Shown: in pieces, positions 12,901-27,900 of the stretch
Numbering within the stretch: the stretch's first letter is position 1
Layout: every line of letters starts with the position of its first letter
NCBI GenBank assembly: GCA_030324005.1
Contig: JARDVH010000121.1
Span: 10,633,553-10,684,533 of the forward strand
DNA from: Negaprion brevirostris
Taxonomy: Eukaryota
Reading direction: 5' to 3'
DNA length: 50,981 nt
Position numbers and translations under genes: made by a program
The notes under the pieces: generated by a model
Databases searched by the model: none
Told to the model about the DNA's origin: nothing
The model's input: the letters and a program-made list of their open reading frames with translations, nothing else

Positions 12901-15900
12901 AGGCTTCTACAATGTCCTCATATGATTTCGTGCGACGCTTTTCAGCCAGCAGCAAAATTTGCAAAATTCAATCACACTTAAGAAGTTTGCCACATTTTCA
13001 TCAATTTCAATTCTAACAACAGTCAATGCAAAAGCTCGGCATCGCAACCGTATCATCAAACTACTTCATCGGGCCGCACAGTCTGGACACTTTTGTCGTT
13101 CTTTTCTCTCTGTCAGTAGTAATTCCGTTTTATTTGTCTTGTTGACTTTTTAAGACTTTCCGCTTTGTTTTTCTTCACTCAGATGCCTCTGCTGCTCTCG
13201 TCTGATTCCCTTTATTCCCCTCATTCTTCGTCAGGGAGACGCCCAGTTGTGGCTGTGCTTCTTTTTCTCGACCTCTGACATTGTGGAACCTATGGCATTA
13301 TTTCTATGTTTTGTTTTTGTACATGGGGGCTCTTCACATCCCCTCAGTTTTCACTGATTTCCCACACCTTTCCTCGCTCTCTAGTTATTTAGCTTAGAGC
13401 TGCTTTGATTCCTAGCAGTGTGTTCACTTGTGATTTAATTTAACGGTTAACTTTTACAAATGTTACTTTTAATGCTCCGTTGTTTTGTTTTAGATCAGCA
13501 ATATGGCTGCAATTCTTCACATTTTCAATTATATTGTACAAGTTTAATTTGTTGCATAAACTTCCGGCCCCACAATTAGCTGCTGTCTTTTCCTGCTGGT
13601 TACGACTTACATGTGGTTCAGGTGGAAATGAAAGATTCCTTACTTTCGTTTCAATGATCAGTGGCATTAAGAAAGTGTCTCTCGTTCTGTTCTCCAGTGT
13701 GTACTGTTTTTGGTCCTGGTACACTTCAACATCATTCAGTACAGAAGTAGATAGCAGAGGTGATCAACATTACAGATAGTGTTTTCTTCTCTGTTGTATC
13801 AACTAAGGAGAATACCTAGTGTACAGTGAACAGCATTGACACAGTCACATGGGGAAGTGCCAAGCCCCAGGACACGGAGTTTGGAGATTAGTTTCGTAGG
13901 AATAATGATGTTGAAGGTGGATCTGCAGTCAATAAATATGAATCTGACATAGATATCGTTGTTGCCTTCGTGTTCCAGAGTTGAGTGTAGGGCCAGTGAA
14001 ACGGTGTGTGTGCGCTGCAGACAGCGGCAGGCGAACAGTAGCGGATCCAGGAAATCTGGAAGACCAGCACTCATTCGTGCCATTTTGAAGCGCTTCATAA
14101 TGATGAATGACGGAGCCATAGGATGTCACGCTGCTTGCAAGCTGCTTGTTTGTTTTTTCTTTCTTTTGTNNNNNNNNNNNNNNNNNNNNNNNNNNNNNNN
14201 NNNNNNNNNNNNNNNNNNNNNNNNNNNNNNNNNNNNNNNNNNNNNNNNNNNNNNNNNNNNNNNNNNNNNNNNNNNNNNNNNNNNNNNNNNNNNNNNNNNN
14301 NNNNNNNNNNNNNNNNNNNNNNNNNNNNNNNNNNNNNNNNNNNNNNNNNNNNNNNNNNNNNNNNNNNNNNNNNNNNNNCGGTCTCACTGACCTCTTGCTT
14401 CAAATGGCATGGAATGCGTTGAGCTCATCTGGGGGGGATGTGTTGGTGCCGGGGATTCCACGTGTCTTACTCGTGTAGCCCGTTATGTCTTGCAAACCTT
14501 GACATAGGAGGTTACAGCCCATGTGGCTAGCCTGGTATTTGTCCTGGTATTTTTTTTTTTTTGGCATGTCTGATGGATCTCTGTAGATCATATATGGATT
14601 TCGTGTTTAGGTTAGGGTAGCTTGACCTGGACTCCTCAGGCTGGACTGCAGAAAGCAATGGCTATCCCTGATCATTCATGGTTTCTGGTCTGGAAACAAA
14701 GGCATTTGCTCCTTTGATCTGGAGGAGTTGACTTTTGACTTTACACTACAGGGGCTAAATCATGTCAATCATGCTTCAATATGAGCAAAATACATTGTGA
14801 GGGCCCAAGGTCGTGAGATAGGCGAACCAACTGTAAACAAGATCACAATTCCTGAACTTGCACCCAAGGTATGCGCCATGCTATGTTGAGGAGTATTGCA
14901 CTTAATTCTTTCACCTTATAAACCATGGAACATTCAATTACCATGGAAAGGCCATAGTGTAGAGGGAGACAATTCGGCCCATTGGGTCTGTACCTACTCC
15001 CTCAACAAGCACTTGACCAGTGCCCACAACCCGCCACCTCTCCTCCTTAGGGTCCTAGCTTTAAACCTGCAGATTCACCGTGGCTAATCCACCTAACGTT
15101 CATTTCTTTCGATTGTCGGGGAAATTTATCATCGCCAATGCAGCTAATCTGCAGATTTCAAGACTATGGGAGGAATCTAGACAACTGGCAAGAAACCTAA
15201 GCAGACACATGTGTAAACTCCACACAGACAACAACACAAGTTTGGATTCAAACACGGGCTCCTGATTCGGTGAAGCATCCCACTATGAAATGCAGTCATT
15301 GGCATAATTAAGATCATTAGAGGTCATTAGAGATCCACAATTTAAAACATTTCGTCAGGGCAAAGACGCGTTTCAATATCAATAGTTTACTTCAATCAGG
15401 CTTGAATAAGGTATAGAATGAAACCAAATTTGCTGCATTCACATTGGATGTATCCAACACATACTGCATTCCAGCAATTATGTTACCTATAGCTATACTT
15501 TTGTACAGAGCTCTGTAAGTCGTTACGGGTATTAGTTCAGATTCCATTTTCCACTCGCAGAAAACTGCAATAAATAGTTTGGCTATATCCAATACGAGGA
15601 AGAAATTATTGTAATGCCAAATCATCTTTAAAAGCAAACATTTTAATTATGTCTCGAATTGTTACTAATTGAATGATAAGTACAATCAACAATGTCCGTT
15701 TATGTAGCAACATCCGTGTAATTTTCATCCTCGGGTTCATATTAGTGTACTCGATCCTTGCACAGACTGACAGCGATGACAATTCTTCAGATCGAAAAAC
15801 ATTAACATTCCTATTAATTTAGAGTAGTATGAAAGCAGACTGCCCATAATAAAGTATACTGCATCCCTTTCAAAGGAAGTAGAGCTAAGCCTGATGATGA

Positions 15901-18900
15901 GTGAGTATGCAAAAGGCATAAAACTATTTCAAATGCCTGCTATTACCAATATCCGACATCTTCTTTACTTACTGTTTTTTTTCATCACCGTTTTGCCCAA
16001 TACCAGCAAAACAGTTTTCTGTTGTATGTTCTGTTCATACGTACTATCAGACCATCCTCCCAGAGTTGGCAGTGGCGTTGCAGATGAGTATTCTGATTAA
16101 ATGCAATTGGTCTCCTAACTTTTTCGAACAGTATCCCTATATATTGACGATCTCAATCATCAAGTTCAATGAGACAAAATAGCGAAAATGAAGTTGCAGC
16201 AATGTAGCGCAGAGAGTGTCATTCAACTCAAGTATCTTTGAAACTAATGAATGTTGGACAAGATGCGTGAAGGCAACTAGATATATATCTATATAGTCGT
16301 GCAAAATATTCACTTAGACATTGCAAGCAAAAACATACAAAAAATCTGGAGATTAGAATTTTTCCATCCAAATGTGGGAAAAGGAGGAAATCACCACTCT
16401 GATTTGACCTGTGTCATACTGCAATGTTCTCCATGAAATACTGTGCGCACTTTGCCCAGTTTATCATATTTGATGAGGTGCTTTTACTTTATGGGATAAA
16501 GGACTGCGGATCAAACATCGCATTATTAGCATCATCCCGAATTTAAAAAAATCAGCTCTTACACATTAAATCAAGCTCACTGCCACAAGGATAAGGAGGA
16601 TGCCTGAGAAATAGATATCACCCGGTCTGGTGAGATCGATTCGGCTGTTGGATTCAATCTACTGAGCTGACGGCAACAGGACAACTCATGGTCCTCTTTG
16701 CACGAATATGGATCTCCAACACCATCTGGCGTCGTCCCAGGACACCGTATGACGGTATGTTTCGTGGAGTTTTCACTGGATTTTGTCTTGAATATTGTTT
16801 TTGTTTTACGTGTGTCTTCTTCCTTCTTCGAATGTTCGCTGATTTGCAACCAATGGCGGGACAGGGCCGGGGGTCACAACACCCAATGACAGTATGTCAG
16901 GTCAGCCCCGTTGTGCATTTTTTTTAAAGCAGAGTCTACTGAACCTATGGAATGCACACTTATGTTGTCTTCCGCCTGAATACCTCCTGGTGAGTTTCGG
17001 TTTTTAACGATGTTCCATTGTAAATTATGAACCTTTCTGCTTAATATACAGGAGATCTGTGTTCTGGTTTGGGTCATGCTGGTTTCCCTACTATTCGGGT
17101 AATATTCGCCTGTGCGATATGCGGGACAGGCCTGGTATGGTTCTCTGTTGGCTTTTGATCTGTGGTACCGCAGTATCAGCAAATGTTAGCTATATTAATT
17201 TAAAATATCCTGTTCTATTTTCTGTGTGATTTCTTAGGCCTTGCCCAGTTGAACATATTATGCACTACAAATAGTTCGGCGCATCATGCAATGTGTGTTT
17301 TTTTTTGCATCTTCGCTGGAGTTGAATGTATCAGTTATAACTATTTGCTGGCGTTGAATGGTGAAGATTTTGTCAGTTATACTGTAAGTACTTTTATATA
17401 TTGCTAAAGAGAGGATAGTTGAGCGCAGCTGCTGATTTGGAGAGCCAATGAGTTAACATCCATACTTGAAGTACGCATACTGAGATTCCAGTGAATGAAG
17501 GTTTATTTTCTGCTGAAGTGTTTATCAACAAGCATTTGGGGATTTTGTGCAATCAAAAGCATGCTCATCGCTGTTGGACATTAATAAAATGTGTTATACA
17601 GTCCAAGTATTTTCAGAATTAAACAATCTCGTTTGTACCTAGTGTAAATTCAGTTCAGTAAATAAATCTGCTATTGTTGCCCATACATTTGTCAGCACTC
17701 CAAAGCTCTATCATAATTCATCTTTGGTATGGCAACGCCATAAATATCACTGCTGAATAATTTAATTGCCTGATATTATCACGCCAGAAATTAATATGAA
17801 TTAAGCAATGTTGGAACATAATCGTATGGTGGCCTGGATTGGGGAGATATCAGCACGCACAGTGTCAATTTCCCTAGAAATAGAAAGCATAATTTATGTA
17901 AATCTTTCGTCCACTTAAACAAACGCATCACTTAATCGAAGTATGCTCCAGTCTCCTAACCACAATAGATCTTTTTCAATCAACCAAACACAGACAGAAG
18001 TGGACGGCTGCAAGACACAACCAGTTATTCACATTTGATTTGGGGAGGAAGAATTGTGTTAGTAATATTTCAAAATTTAAGAACACCAGGAGTGCAAAGA
18101 AAATGATCCGGCTCCATCTAACACGTGTCACTTCATTCATTACTGCATTGACACAGCTGCCGAGAAAGATGGATAAAATTCCTAACATCACGTCATGATT
18201 TTATGTGAAGCTTCCATCAACTTGGGCCCCCAGGCTCGAGCCAGCGGACGTATCAGGTTCTCTGATTGCGCCTTGATTTATTTTTTAACTTTTAACTATT
18301 AATTACCCTACATTAAAACGAAAAACAAAGCTATCTAAAACTCAATCCCATTAAATCAGATTGAATAAGGCATTCTTGTAATGACCCTTTCATTATCTAT
18401 GGCATGGCAACCAAACATTATTCTGCATAACAGTTGTAGATCGTCCTACAAGGTCTTGTGACTCCTGACATAGAGCAAGGCACTCTTGCATTATTTGCTG
18501 AACGCAAGACAACTTAACTTCCTGGACTTAAATTCCACGAGTAATTCAAAGAACAACTTCAATAACCTCCATGAATGTTGCTTTTGCTTTTCATCAATCA
18601 TCCATAATCGTTTCTGCCCCTATATTGGTATTTACCCCCGCATCTGTGCGGACTAATGGCGTTGTGTGTTAAAATAAAACAAAGCAAACAAAAAAAAGTG
18701 TAGATTTTCTACCGCATTGTGTAAACCTCTGTTTTACATACGCATTATTTAACTGTTGCTGGGATGGATATACCTCCTACAAGGTCAGCAGTTAATTAGC
18801 ATTCTTTTTTTAAATTAAGAAATGGACCATCTGAAAGGTGCTCTCCAGCGTGCAGGTGAGTGTGATTCGGAAGTAGGTTGCCAATGGTTTACTTCTGCTC

Positions 18901-21900
18901 TTGCTTATGCTTCACTTATTCTCCTCATCGTACTAAGGTTTTTCATTTACTTTATCTCGTTTCTGTTTTATCCGCCATTTATAGGCGATAGGCTATCCAT
19001 GTCTGATGCTTACTCCATTAGCAGCTCGATTGATGTCATAAACCAAGTGGCAAGACTAGTTTGGGCAACAATTGTTGAAAAGCAGTTCAGAGAAAAATGG
19101 AGTCAAGCGTATATAGTTTCAAGAAAGGAGTGCCTGAGACCAATCAATTCATATGTATTTTCACTGTAATTACCCAAAGGAGGTTGAATTCTAGCGACCA
19201 ATTTCTCACTTTCAATGTTTCCGACGGAATTCATAACTCATTTATACTGCTGTGGGGTATCACCATCCAATTGTTAAATTCTCCCTAACATATAGAATCG
19301 GCATAAATTTTACTGAATAGTTGCTCAGTAGACATTTTTCAGACGTAGAATAGAACATTCAGCAGGTGACGTCGATGCAGTTTCTACAAATTAAATTCAC
19401 CAACGCCATCTCCATCACCTTAATGCCGTGCTCCGACAACAGTTCTTCCCGAAGACAATTGTTCGTTTTTTTTTCCGTCATAAAAACTAGGATTGACGTC
19501 AACACCCTAAATATTCTCGATGTGGAGATTCCGACCTTGGACTGGAGTGGGCGGAGTAAGAAGTCTGATAACATAAGGTTAAAGTCCAACAGATTTATTC
19601 GGTATCAGGAGCTTTGAGAACCTTCATCGGGTGAGTCATTAGGTAAATCATCTTAATCATCTGATGAAGGAGCAACGCTCCGAATGTTCGTCATTCCAAA
19701 GAACCCGTTGGCGTTAAACTGGTGCTGTCAGGTGGTTTATTAAATATTATCAGCAGATGGTATTCAAATTTTATGCATCAGTGGAGGCAAAGTATCTTCC
19801 ATTCAAGTTGACTTCGATTGTGTTTTTGCAAATCAATTTAACATTTCTTGTCCACAGAACAGAATCTGTGGAGGAAAGAGAAAGGTATGATTAAACCATA
19901 TATTCTTTCTGAAATGCAGCATTTTTGTCAATGCGCTATTCTGTCAAAACCACATCATTGTGTCAAAATTGCGGTGAAAATTGAAGCCGGAAACATTTTA
20001 TTCATGGGCATGTTGAGGAGCAGCTGACATGGTATTATTCTAAGACAAAGGGCGTGAGGTTTAGCAGCGTGTTGAAAAGAGAAACATTTTAAATTCAGGG
20101 AATGCAGTTATCTGGACTGCACTGCCTCCGAATGTAGTGGAGGCTTGAAACCTTACAATATTTAAATAAAAACTATATTTTGATGAGCACTTGAAATATC
20201 ATAACATTCAAAGATATGGGTCAAATGCAGTAAACGAGCATGAGCACGCCTTTCGTGGGCAGATATTATCGGTGCCGCCTCGACGAGCCAATTAGCCGTT
20301 TCTGTGGCTATATGACTCTCTTGGAGCGACACAGTTGGAACTTTTTTTCAGGAAACCAAAACCGTCTGCTGGCAAGGACAAAGCGACACACATAATCTTA
20401 ATTTGAGCCATTACAGTGCTGTATTGCATTGGCGTTATTCACTTGCCTCATATTACTCAATGCAATTCTATAGGAAATAGCAGCACAATCGATAGCACAA
20501 TTTGAGTTCCTGCTGCGTCAGAATTTTGGCGTTATGAAACAAATGCCGCAGGTTTGAACAATAAACAGCTTTATGGCACTTCAATGCAGTACCAAGAGTG
20601 CAATGTAATTTGAGTGTTGGCGTTTTTTTTTTCAGGTGTGCTGCTACGTGTAAGCACGATCTGTTGCTCAGTTGAAGAAGCAAATTGTATAAGAGGAAGG
20701 AGCTTATGTCGCCCATCTCAGAGAGCTTTCACCCTATCACCAGACAAAATCAGAAAATGTCAGTGGTGTGTTGGATTCGGAGGTCAGCCGGATGAACACA
20801 TCTGCCAGCATTCAGTAGAAAGCGAAATATGGTAATGAATATTATTGAGAACATGATGAGCAGATGTCATAACAAGTTAATAGCAAAATAAGTGATGGCA
20901 CTCTCCGAAAACAAAACAAAGGGGCAAGTCAGAATAACGCTCTTGGGGATAACAAGTGCCTAATGGCCTTAACAATGAATTCAATGGTTTCAGAAAATTA
21001 ACTCTGTTTGTAACATTTTGTCTTAAATATACTTCCGGCCACTTCAGGTCTGAAAATAATCATGGGGAATTAAGCATTAAGAATATTTCTAGCTGCTTAA
21101 ATGCTGTGAAAATTGTTCAGTTTTCTGTCGTTATTTTCTGAGTGTTTCAGAATTCTAGCATTTACTATATTTTATGTTATTGTTGTCAACAGATACAACA
21201 TTCATTCTAGCGTGGGGCTTCTCCTGACAAATTGACTGGCCCACTGCCAAAATATCAATTGTTCCAAATGCTACTGCAATTCAGAATAAAGCTTGTTGCT
21301 GATTCGTGCAAATGTGAAATAAATCTTATATTTTTGACTAGGAGATCGAACTGATAGACCTAATGCAGTCGTTGATTCCCGAATCTCCCTAGAACTGGAG
21401 AATGCAATTGGAGCTTTGAAAAGTACAGGTGAGTGCACAATCTTTGTAGCATTTGAGTCTTTCTCTGAGAATTCCGATGTTATTGTCACAGAATATATTA
21501 CTGTTTATCACAATTTACCGTACCTTTGATGGAAATTAATTGAACAACAAATTGGAGATTCCCCTCCAAGTCACTCACCCAAGCTGACTTGAAAATATAT
21601 CACCTGTGCTTGACCGTCGCTGTGTCAAAATCCTGGAACTTCTTCCCTCGCTGCACGGTGGACATACCTACAGCTCAGGGATTACAACGGTTGAAGAAGG
21701 CTACCACCACGAAGTACAACGTGACATGGATAACAAATGATGGCCTAGCCTCCAAAATCCACATCCCATGAATGATTTTGTAAAACTTGACCTAATATTT
21801 GTAGAAGTATATTTTGAAGCATGCTTTCACTTTTGTATTTCATTCATTATCTTCATAATGTCTTTAGACTCACCAGATGATTTCTCAGTTGTGAAATTCC

Positions 21901-24900
21901 AGGAATCTTACAAGTCTCTCGCGTCTTTTCTAATATCCTTGAATATGTGGTATTGTGTGGGCTTCTGAGACAAATAAAATCAGATTTGCTTCAACAGAAT
22001 AGCCTGAAAAGCACAAAGAGGGGAGTTCAGTGACAGCTGGCTAACTGTTGGAATGGAGTGGCACAAAACGGGCCACATATGCAGAACATTAATTAAGGGG
22101 GCCACATGTTGATTATCACATCAAATGCCATACTGCACATGCAATATTCAAATTTCATTAATAGACATCATATTGGTAAAAAGATGGATAGCAAAAGTTT
22201 CTAAAAATATACAGACAGCAAAAGTTTCTACAAAGTGATAAGACGAAAAAGAGTGGGTAAAATAAACATTCGTCTTTAGAGGATCAGAAGGGGGATGTAA
22301 AAACTGGAAATGAGAAAATGGTTGAGGCATTGAATAGGTATTTTGTGTCGGTCTTCACAGTGGAAGACACAAAAAACTCCTAAANNNNNNNNNNNNNNNN
22401 NNNNNNNNNNNNNNNNNNNNNNNNNNNGACTTAGAAACTATCATTGTCATGAAAGATGGAGTGTTGGGCAAGCTAATGGGGGGGCTAAAGGTAGACAAGT
22501 CTCCTGGCCGTGACGGAATGCATCATTGGACACTAAAAGAGATGGCGGGAGAAATAGCAAATGCACTAGTGGTAATTTACTAAAATTCTCTGGGGTGGTT
22601 TCCTCAGAATGGAAAACAGCAAATATGATGCAATTGTTTAAAAACGAGGTAAACAAATGTTGGGTAGCTGTTGGCCAGTTAGCTTCAGTTATAGTGAAAG
22701 TGTTTGGATCTGTTATCAAGGAAGAAATAGCGAGACACCCAGACATAAATTGTCCAATTTGTAAGCTGCAGCATATGTTCATGAAGAGCAGGTCATGTTT
22801 GATTAATGTGGTGGAATTATTTGAGAACATTACATGTGCAGTGGACAATGGGGAATCTGTGGGTGTGGTGTATCTGGATTTCCAGAAGGCATTTGCCAAG
22901 GTGTCGTGCCAAACACTGCTACATAAGGTAAAGTTGTACGGAGTAATGGGTAATATATTAGCATGGATAGAGGATTTGTTAACTAACAGAAAGCAAAGAG
23001 TAGGGGTAAATGTGTGTTTTTCTGGTTGCAATGAGTGACTACTGGTGTGCCTGAGGGATCAGTGTTGGGACCACAATTGTTTGCTATTTAAAAAGATGAT
23101 TTGGAAATGGGGACTAAATGTAGTCTGTCAAAAGTCACAGATGATAATAAGATGACTGACAGGGCAAAGTGTGCAGGGGACATTGAAAGTCTGCAAAGGG
23201 ACATCGGTAGTCTAAGTGATTAGGTGAGAGTCTAGCAGATGGAGTACAATTTTGGTAAATCTGAGGTCATCCATTGTCGTCGGAATAACTGCAAAAGGGC
23301 CTATTATTTAAATGTAAAAAAAATTGCAGCATGCTGCTGCAGAGGGACCTGGGTGTCCTTGTGCAAGAGTTGGTTTGCAGGTGCAGCAGTTAATTAAGAA
23401 GGCAAATGGAATTTTGTCCTTCATTGCTAGAGGTGTGGAGTTTAAAAACAGTGGGGTTGTGTTGCAGTTGTATAAGGTGCTGGCCACATCTGGAGTACTG
23501 TGTACAGTGTCGTTCTCCTTACTTGAGAAAGGATATACTGGCACTGGAGGGGATGCAGAGGAGACTCACTAGGTTGATTGTGGAGTTGAGATGGTTGGCT
23601 TATGAGGAGAGACTGACTAGACTGGGGCTATACCTATTGGAATTTAGAAGAATGAGGGGAGATCTTATAGAAACATATAAGATTATGAAGGAAATGGATA
23701 AGATTGAAACAGAGAACTTGTTTCCACTGGCAGGTGAAACCAGAACTTGGGGGCAAGGCCTCAAAATAAGGGGTAGCAGATTTAGAACTGAGTTGAGGAG
23801 AAACTTCTTCAGACAAAGGATTGTGAATCTGTGGAATTATCTGCCCAGTGAAGCAGTTGAGGCTAATTCATTGAATGTTTTTTTTAAAGAAAGGATAGAT
23901 AGGTCTTAGAAAAGTAGAGGAATTAAGGGTTATGGTGAGCGGGTAGGTAAGTGGAGCTGCGTCCGTGAAAAGATTGGCTATGATCTTATTGAATGATGGA
24001 GCAGGGTCGAGGAGNNNNNNNNNNNNNNNNNNNNNNNNNNNNNNNNNNNNNNNNNNNNNNNNNNNNNNCATCTTACACACATTATTCTTTAGCATCGAAC
24101 AAAATGTGAACATTGGAGTGGTTGCTCATGTAGAAATGCATATCCATCTATTTTGCTCAGCAACTTTACCTTTACCCTTACCATCACAGAACAAAGACTG
24201 AGTAATACGGAAAAAGGTATGACAATTCTCATGCTTTCATCATTCACTGTTTGCCTTTGCTAATTTCTGCAAAGACATGTTTAAAGCCAAAAGAGATATT
24301 TCGATTCAAGTTGAGTTTACAGCACTGTTTTTAGTGAAATCCCTGAGATAGCTCACTTGACGCATGTTGTGTGGAATTACAAATCAATCAGTCTATCCCC
24401 CTGCCCCCGTCCATTTCTCTCACCGTCTGCAAGTACATTCATCTGTCCCTCCTTCCTTCCCTCTCTCCCACGTGCTATTCACCCATCCACACAGACTGGC
24501 ATCCATCCATCCATTCATTTGCCTACCTATCTATTGTTACTAATAACCCCCCACTTTGTGAAGTAATGCCGAATCCTCAAAAGGGAAACACTGTGTGGGA
24601 AATGGTGAACACTAGACAGTAATGATTTGTGGTTAACTAAGAGGAATTTCTGGCATTCACTTTAAATTGAACCTTAACAATTCATTTTTCGAGCTAACAG
24701 AAATGTAACTAAACAAGTAGCACATGGAATAAAATAAGATTTTTATATGATGTTGCTCAAATAAATACAATGCGCATTCATTATCCAAAATAAAAACAAC
24801 AATAGAATATAGTCAATCTCAAATCACTTTTTTTGGCTTTCTTCATCTTTTGGAGCTCCTCCGTTGATTAATCTGTCTGTTAATTCTTTACAATTTGGTA

Positions 24901-27900
24901 CCTTTCGCTTGTTAGATGGTGCACTCTGTTCAGATATCTGAAGTTGAGAGCTGTTCTCTCCCTCTTGAGGCTTAAGAGATGGCAAATCTTCTGTTGCTCT
25001 TCTATTCCACATGCCCACACCTCACCTCTGCACTGTCTTTTATACCGTTGATGACTTTTCAATTTTCCAACAATAGGTTGGCCTGATGTTGCCAATACTA
25101 TCAAATTTAATTCTATAGGCTCTTGATAGCCGAATGATTGTTTTAAATTGATTAGGCAAAGCTTTAAACAAGGTTGTAATTTCAAAACTACTACTTGACC
25201 TTTTTTGATACAAATACTTCAGCTTGGATCCTATATATACTTTGGATCTTAGATTTCCAAACGTTGAAAAAGGAACACGACCTTTCAAAGTCATACCTCA
25301 TTGTTTTTTCCCTTTAGCAATTTTACATTTTTTAACATCTTTACCAACATCAATTTCGCTACACTATCTACTTAATTGCAAATGCTGCTCAGTTGTTGCC
25401 TTTAGCATAATACTTAAATTGTCTAACTATCCATCTGTCTATCTATCGATCTATCTCTCGATCTATCTACCTATCTTTCAATCTACTTATTAATCTACCT
25501 GTCTACTTATCTATCTATCTATCTATTTATCTATCTGCCTATCTATCTATCTATCCTTCTTTCTATCTCTCTCGTACCTAGTTGTAAATTTATCACTTTG
25601 TTGATCACATAAATCCTTAAATGTTTTGTTCAACTATTTATATTTTTCAATTCTTTATGCACGTTTTAAATTATTAAATTGTTTCAGACACAAAGGCTTT
25701 TACATTGATTATATCGGATCATTGAGCTGATGTTGACCTTTAGCCTTCTTGGCCCATTTCCTTCATCTGACTAAACGAAGCTATATCTCAGACAGTCAAA
25801 GTCATAACATACATATCATTATTTGATTTTTTCCAGATGAGATTTTACAGCTAATACAGCACATACTGCTCTTGATGTGTTGAAATTCCTCCTAACTTTA
25901 TTCCTGTTATACTTGCTCCAGTCACTATTATCGCGGAGTCCAAGTCCTGGAATTCATGACACAGATTCCACCAAAACACAATTGTCGGTATCTCCTCACA
26001 GTAGAAATCACCACGCTATTTGAAGGTCATAGGGACTTTCCTTCGCTTGAATGGGAAAGTCCCCGTCACACACGAGCTGTCAGATTCATAGTCGGACCCT
26101 GTCCATATTGGTAACTGGCTCCGCAGTTGGACCAGCAAGATCCGAAATCAACCCAACACAGGGCTGTGGTGAAGATGCATAGAGCCTGACGGGCAGGGAT
26201 CCGACAAAAGGTCTTTTCGGGGACGGAAGGAGTTGTGGTTGGGGCTAATGCATTGTCAGAAGTGCTTTGGATGATTGCCCCTTGACGGATTCTCTGTGAA
26301 TTCTTCAAGCAAATACTCTGAAANNNNNNNNNNNNNNNNNNNNNNNNNNNNNNNNNNNNNNNNNNNNNNNNNNNNNNNNNNNNNNNNNNNNNNNNNNNNN
26401 NNNNNNNNNNNNNNNNNNNNNNNCATGTTCGGGTCTTGCTGCGTGTGACAGACTGCTTTAGTATCTGAGTAGTTGCAATTGGGACTGAACACTTTAACTC
26501 AGTGTCTCCATTCTGGCCTAATGATGGAGGGAAGATCATTGATGAAGCAGCTGAAAATGTTTGGGCCGAGAATACTGTCTAGAGGAATTCTTGTATTGAT
26601 GCCCTCCTGATGGAAATGATTGGTTTCCATCAATTACAGCCATCTTTCTTTGTGCTGGGTATGACTCCAGCAAATGGAGACTCTTCCCGTTGATTTCAGT
26701 TTAGCTAGGATTCCGTGATTGCATATTAGGTCAAATGTTGCCCTAATGCCAAGGGCAGTCATTTTAATCTCACAATAAAAACAGAAAATGCTGGAAATAT
26801 CCAAATGGTTTGGAAGCATTTTTGGAGTCAGAAGCAGAGTTCAAGTCAGTGACACTTTGTCAGTTTTTGTACCTATACTGGAAAAGCTTGGTTAGGGGTG
26901 TGGTTAGTTCTGCATAGCAGATCTTCCCTATTACAACTGACATGTTGTCAGGGCCCCATAGCCTTTGCATATCTATACACTCCACTGTCTCTTAATATAA
27001 CATGCAGCCAATTTAATTAGCTAATGAGCAGCATCTGGTACAAGGTTGGCTGTAGACCATCAGGACTCCCTAGATAGGCCATCTTGTTGAGTTGGACCTG
27101 GTTTAATGTATGAGTTTCAGATCCTTCATTGGGTTCCTCAGTCAGTTGGTTTGATGGTGTTTTGTGTGTTAAGCCTTGCCTGCTTTGTTCTGCACCGATA
27201 GTAGTCATGATGTGGGTATGCCGGCGCTGGACTGGGATAAACACAGTAAGAAGTCTGATAACACCAGGTTTAAGTTCAACCGATTTATTTATTTATTACT
27301 ATCAAATAAATCGGGTGGACTTAAACCTGGCGTTGTCAGATTTCTTACTGTGTTCTGCACCAAGCATGCAAATGACCCTTTTGCTTTCAATGAAAACACG
27401 TATAATTTTTACTTTGGCGCATCTCCCTCAGAAACTTGCTTTCATCCCTGGTGCTGTTCCACCCATATTCAGCTCTGCTGCACCCTCATTTGGGCAGTTC
27501 CTCACAGTGGCAGTTTCCTTTGACAAATAATTCACATCCCTGGGCAGGCCTTGTAATTTGTTCATGCCTTGCTCTGTGCATACAGTTGCCTGGACCGTCT
27601 CTGCGGATTTTCCAAAGAGATTTTAGTCTCAGCCAGCAGCTTATTTTGTATTATGAGGTTGTTGGTATGCTGATCCCATGGACGGTATTTCGGTGTCTCG
27701 GCCAAACCTAGGCTGAAATCATGGTTCTCTGCCAGGTGTCGCAGTCTGGCCATGAATCTGCAGACTGTCTTCCCACACAGCAGAATGAATTATACCTCAA
27801 CATGATTGAAGGCTGGGGTTAAAATGATTTTTGACCAATCCAGCTATCTGATCAAAAGACTTTGTATCTGGAGCTTCAAGTGATGCTAGGCTCCTCCACC

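Noticed and set aside
13440-13779. Overlapping 94-aa and 99-aa ORFs on opposite strands
   Set aside because: No motif, no convincing splice context, wedged between TE remnants
13929-14478. Long ORFs containing X runs (also near 24000, 26300, 34000, 40000, 47200)
   Set aside because: Artefacts of translating through assembly N gaps
17617-17643. 27-nt AG..GT segment resembling class D (xLNNLVCT*)
   Set aside because: In-frame TAG and weak similarity; at most a dead exon
20636-20648. Very short segment between a strong acceptor and tac|gtaagc
   Set aside because: No paralog, and it would break the A-B alternation; plausible by chance
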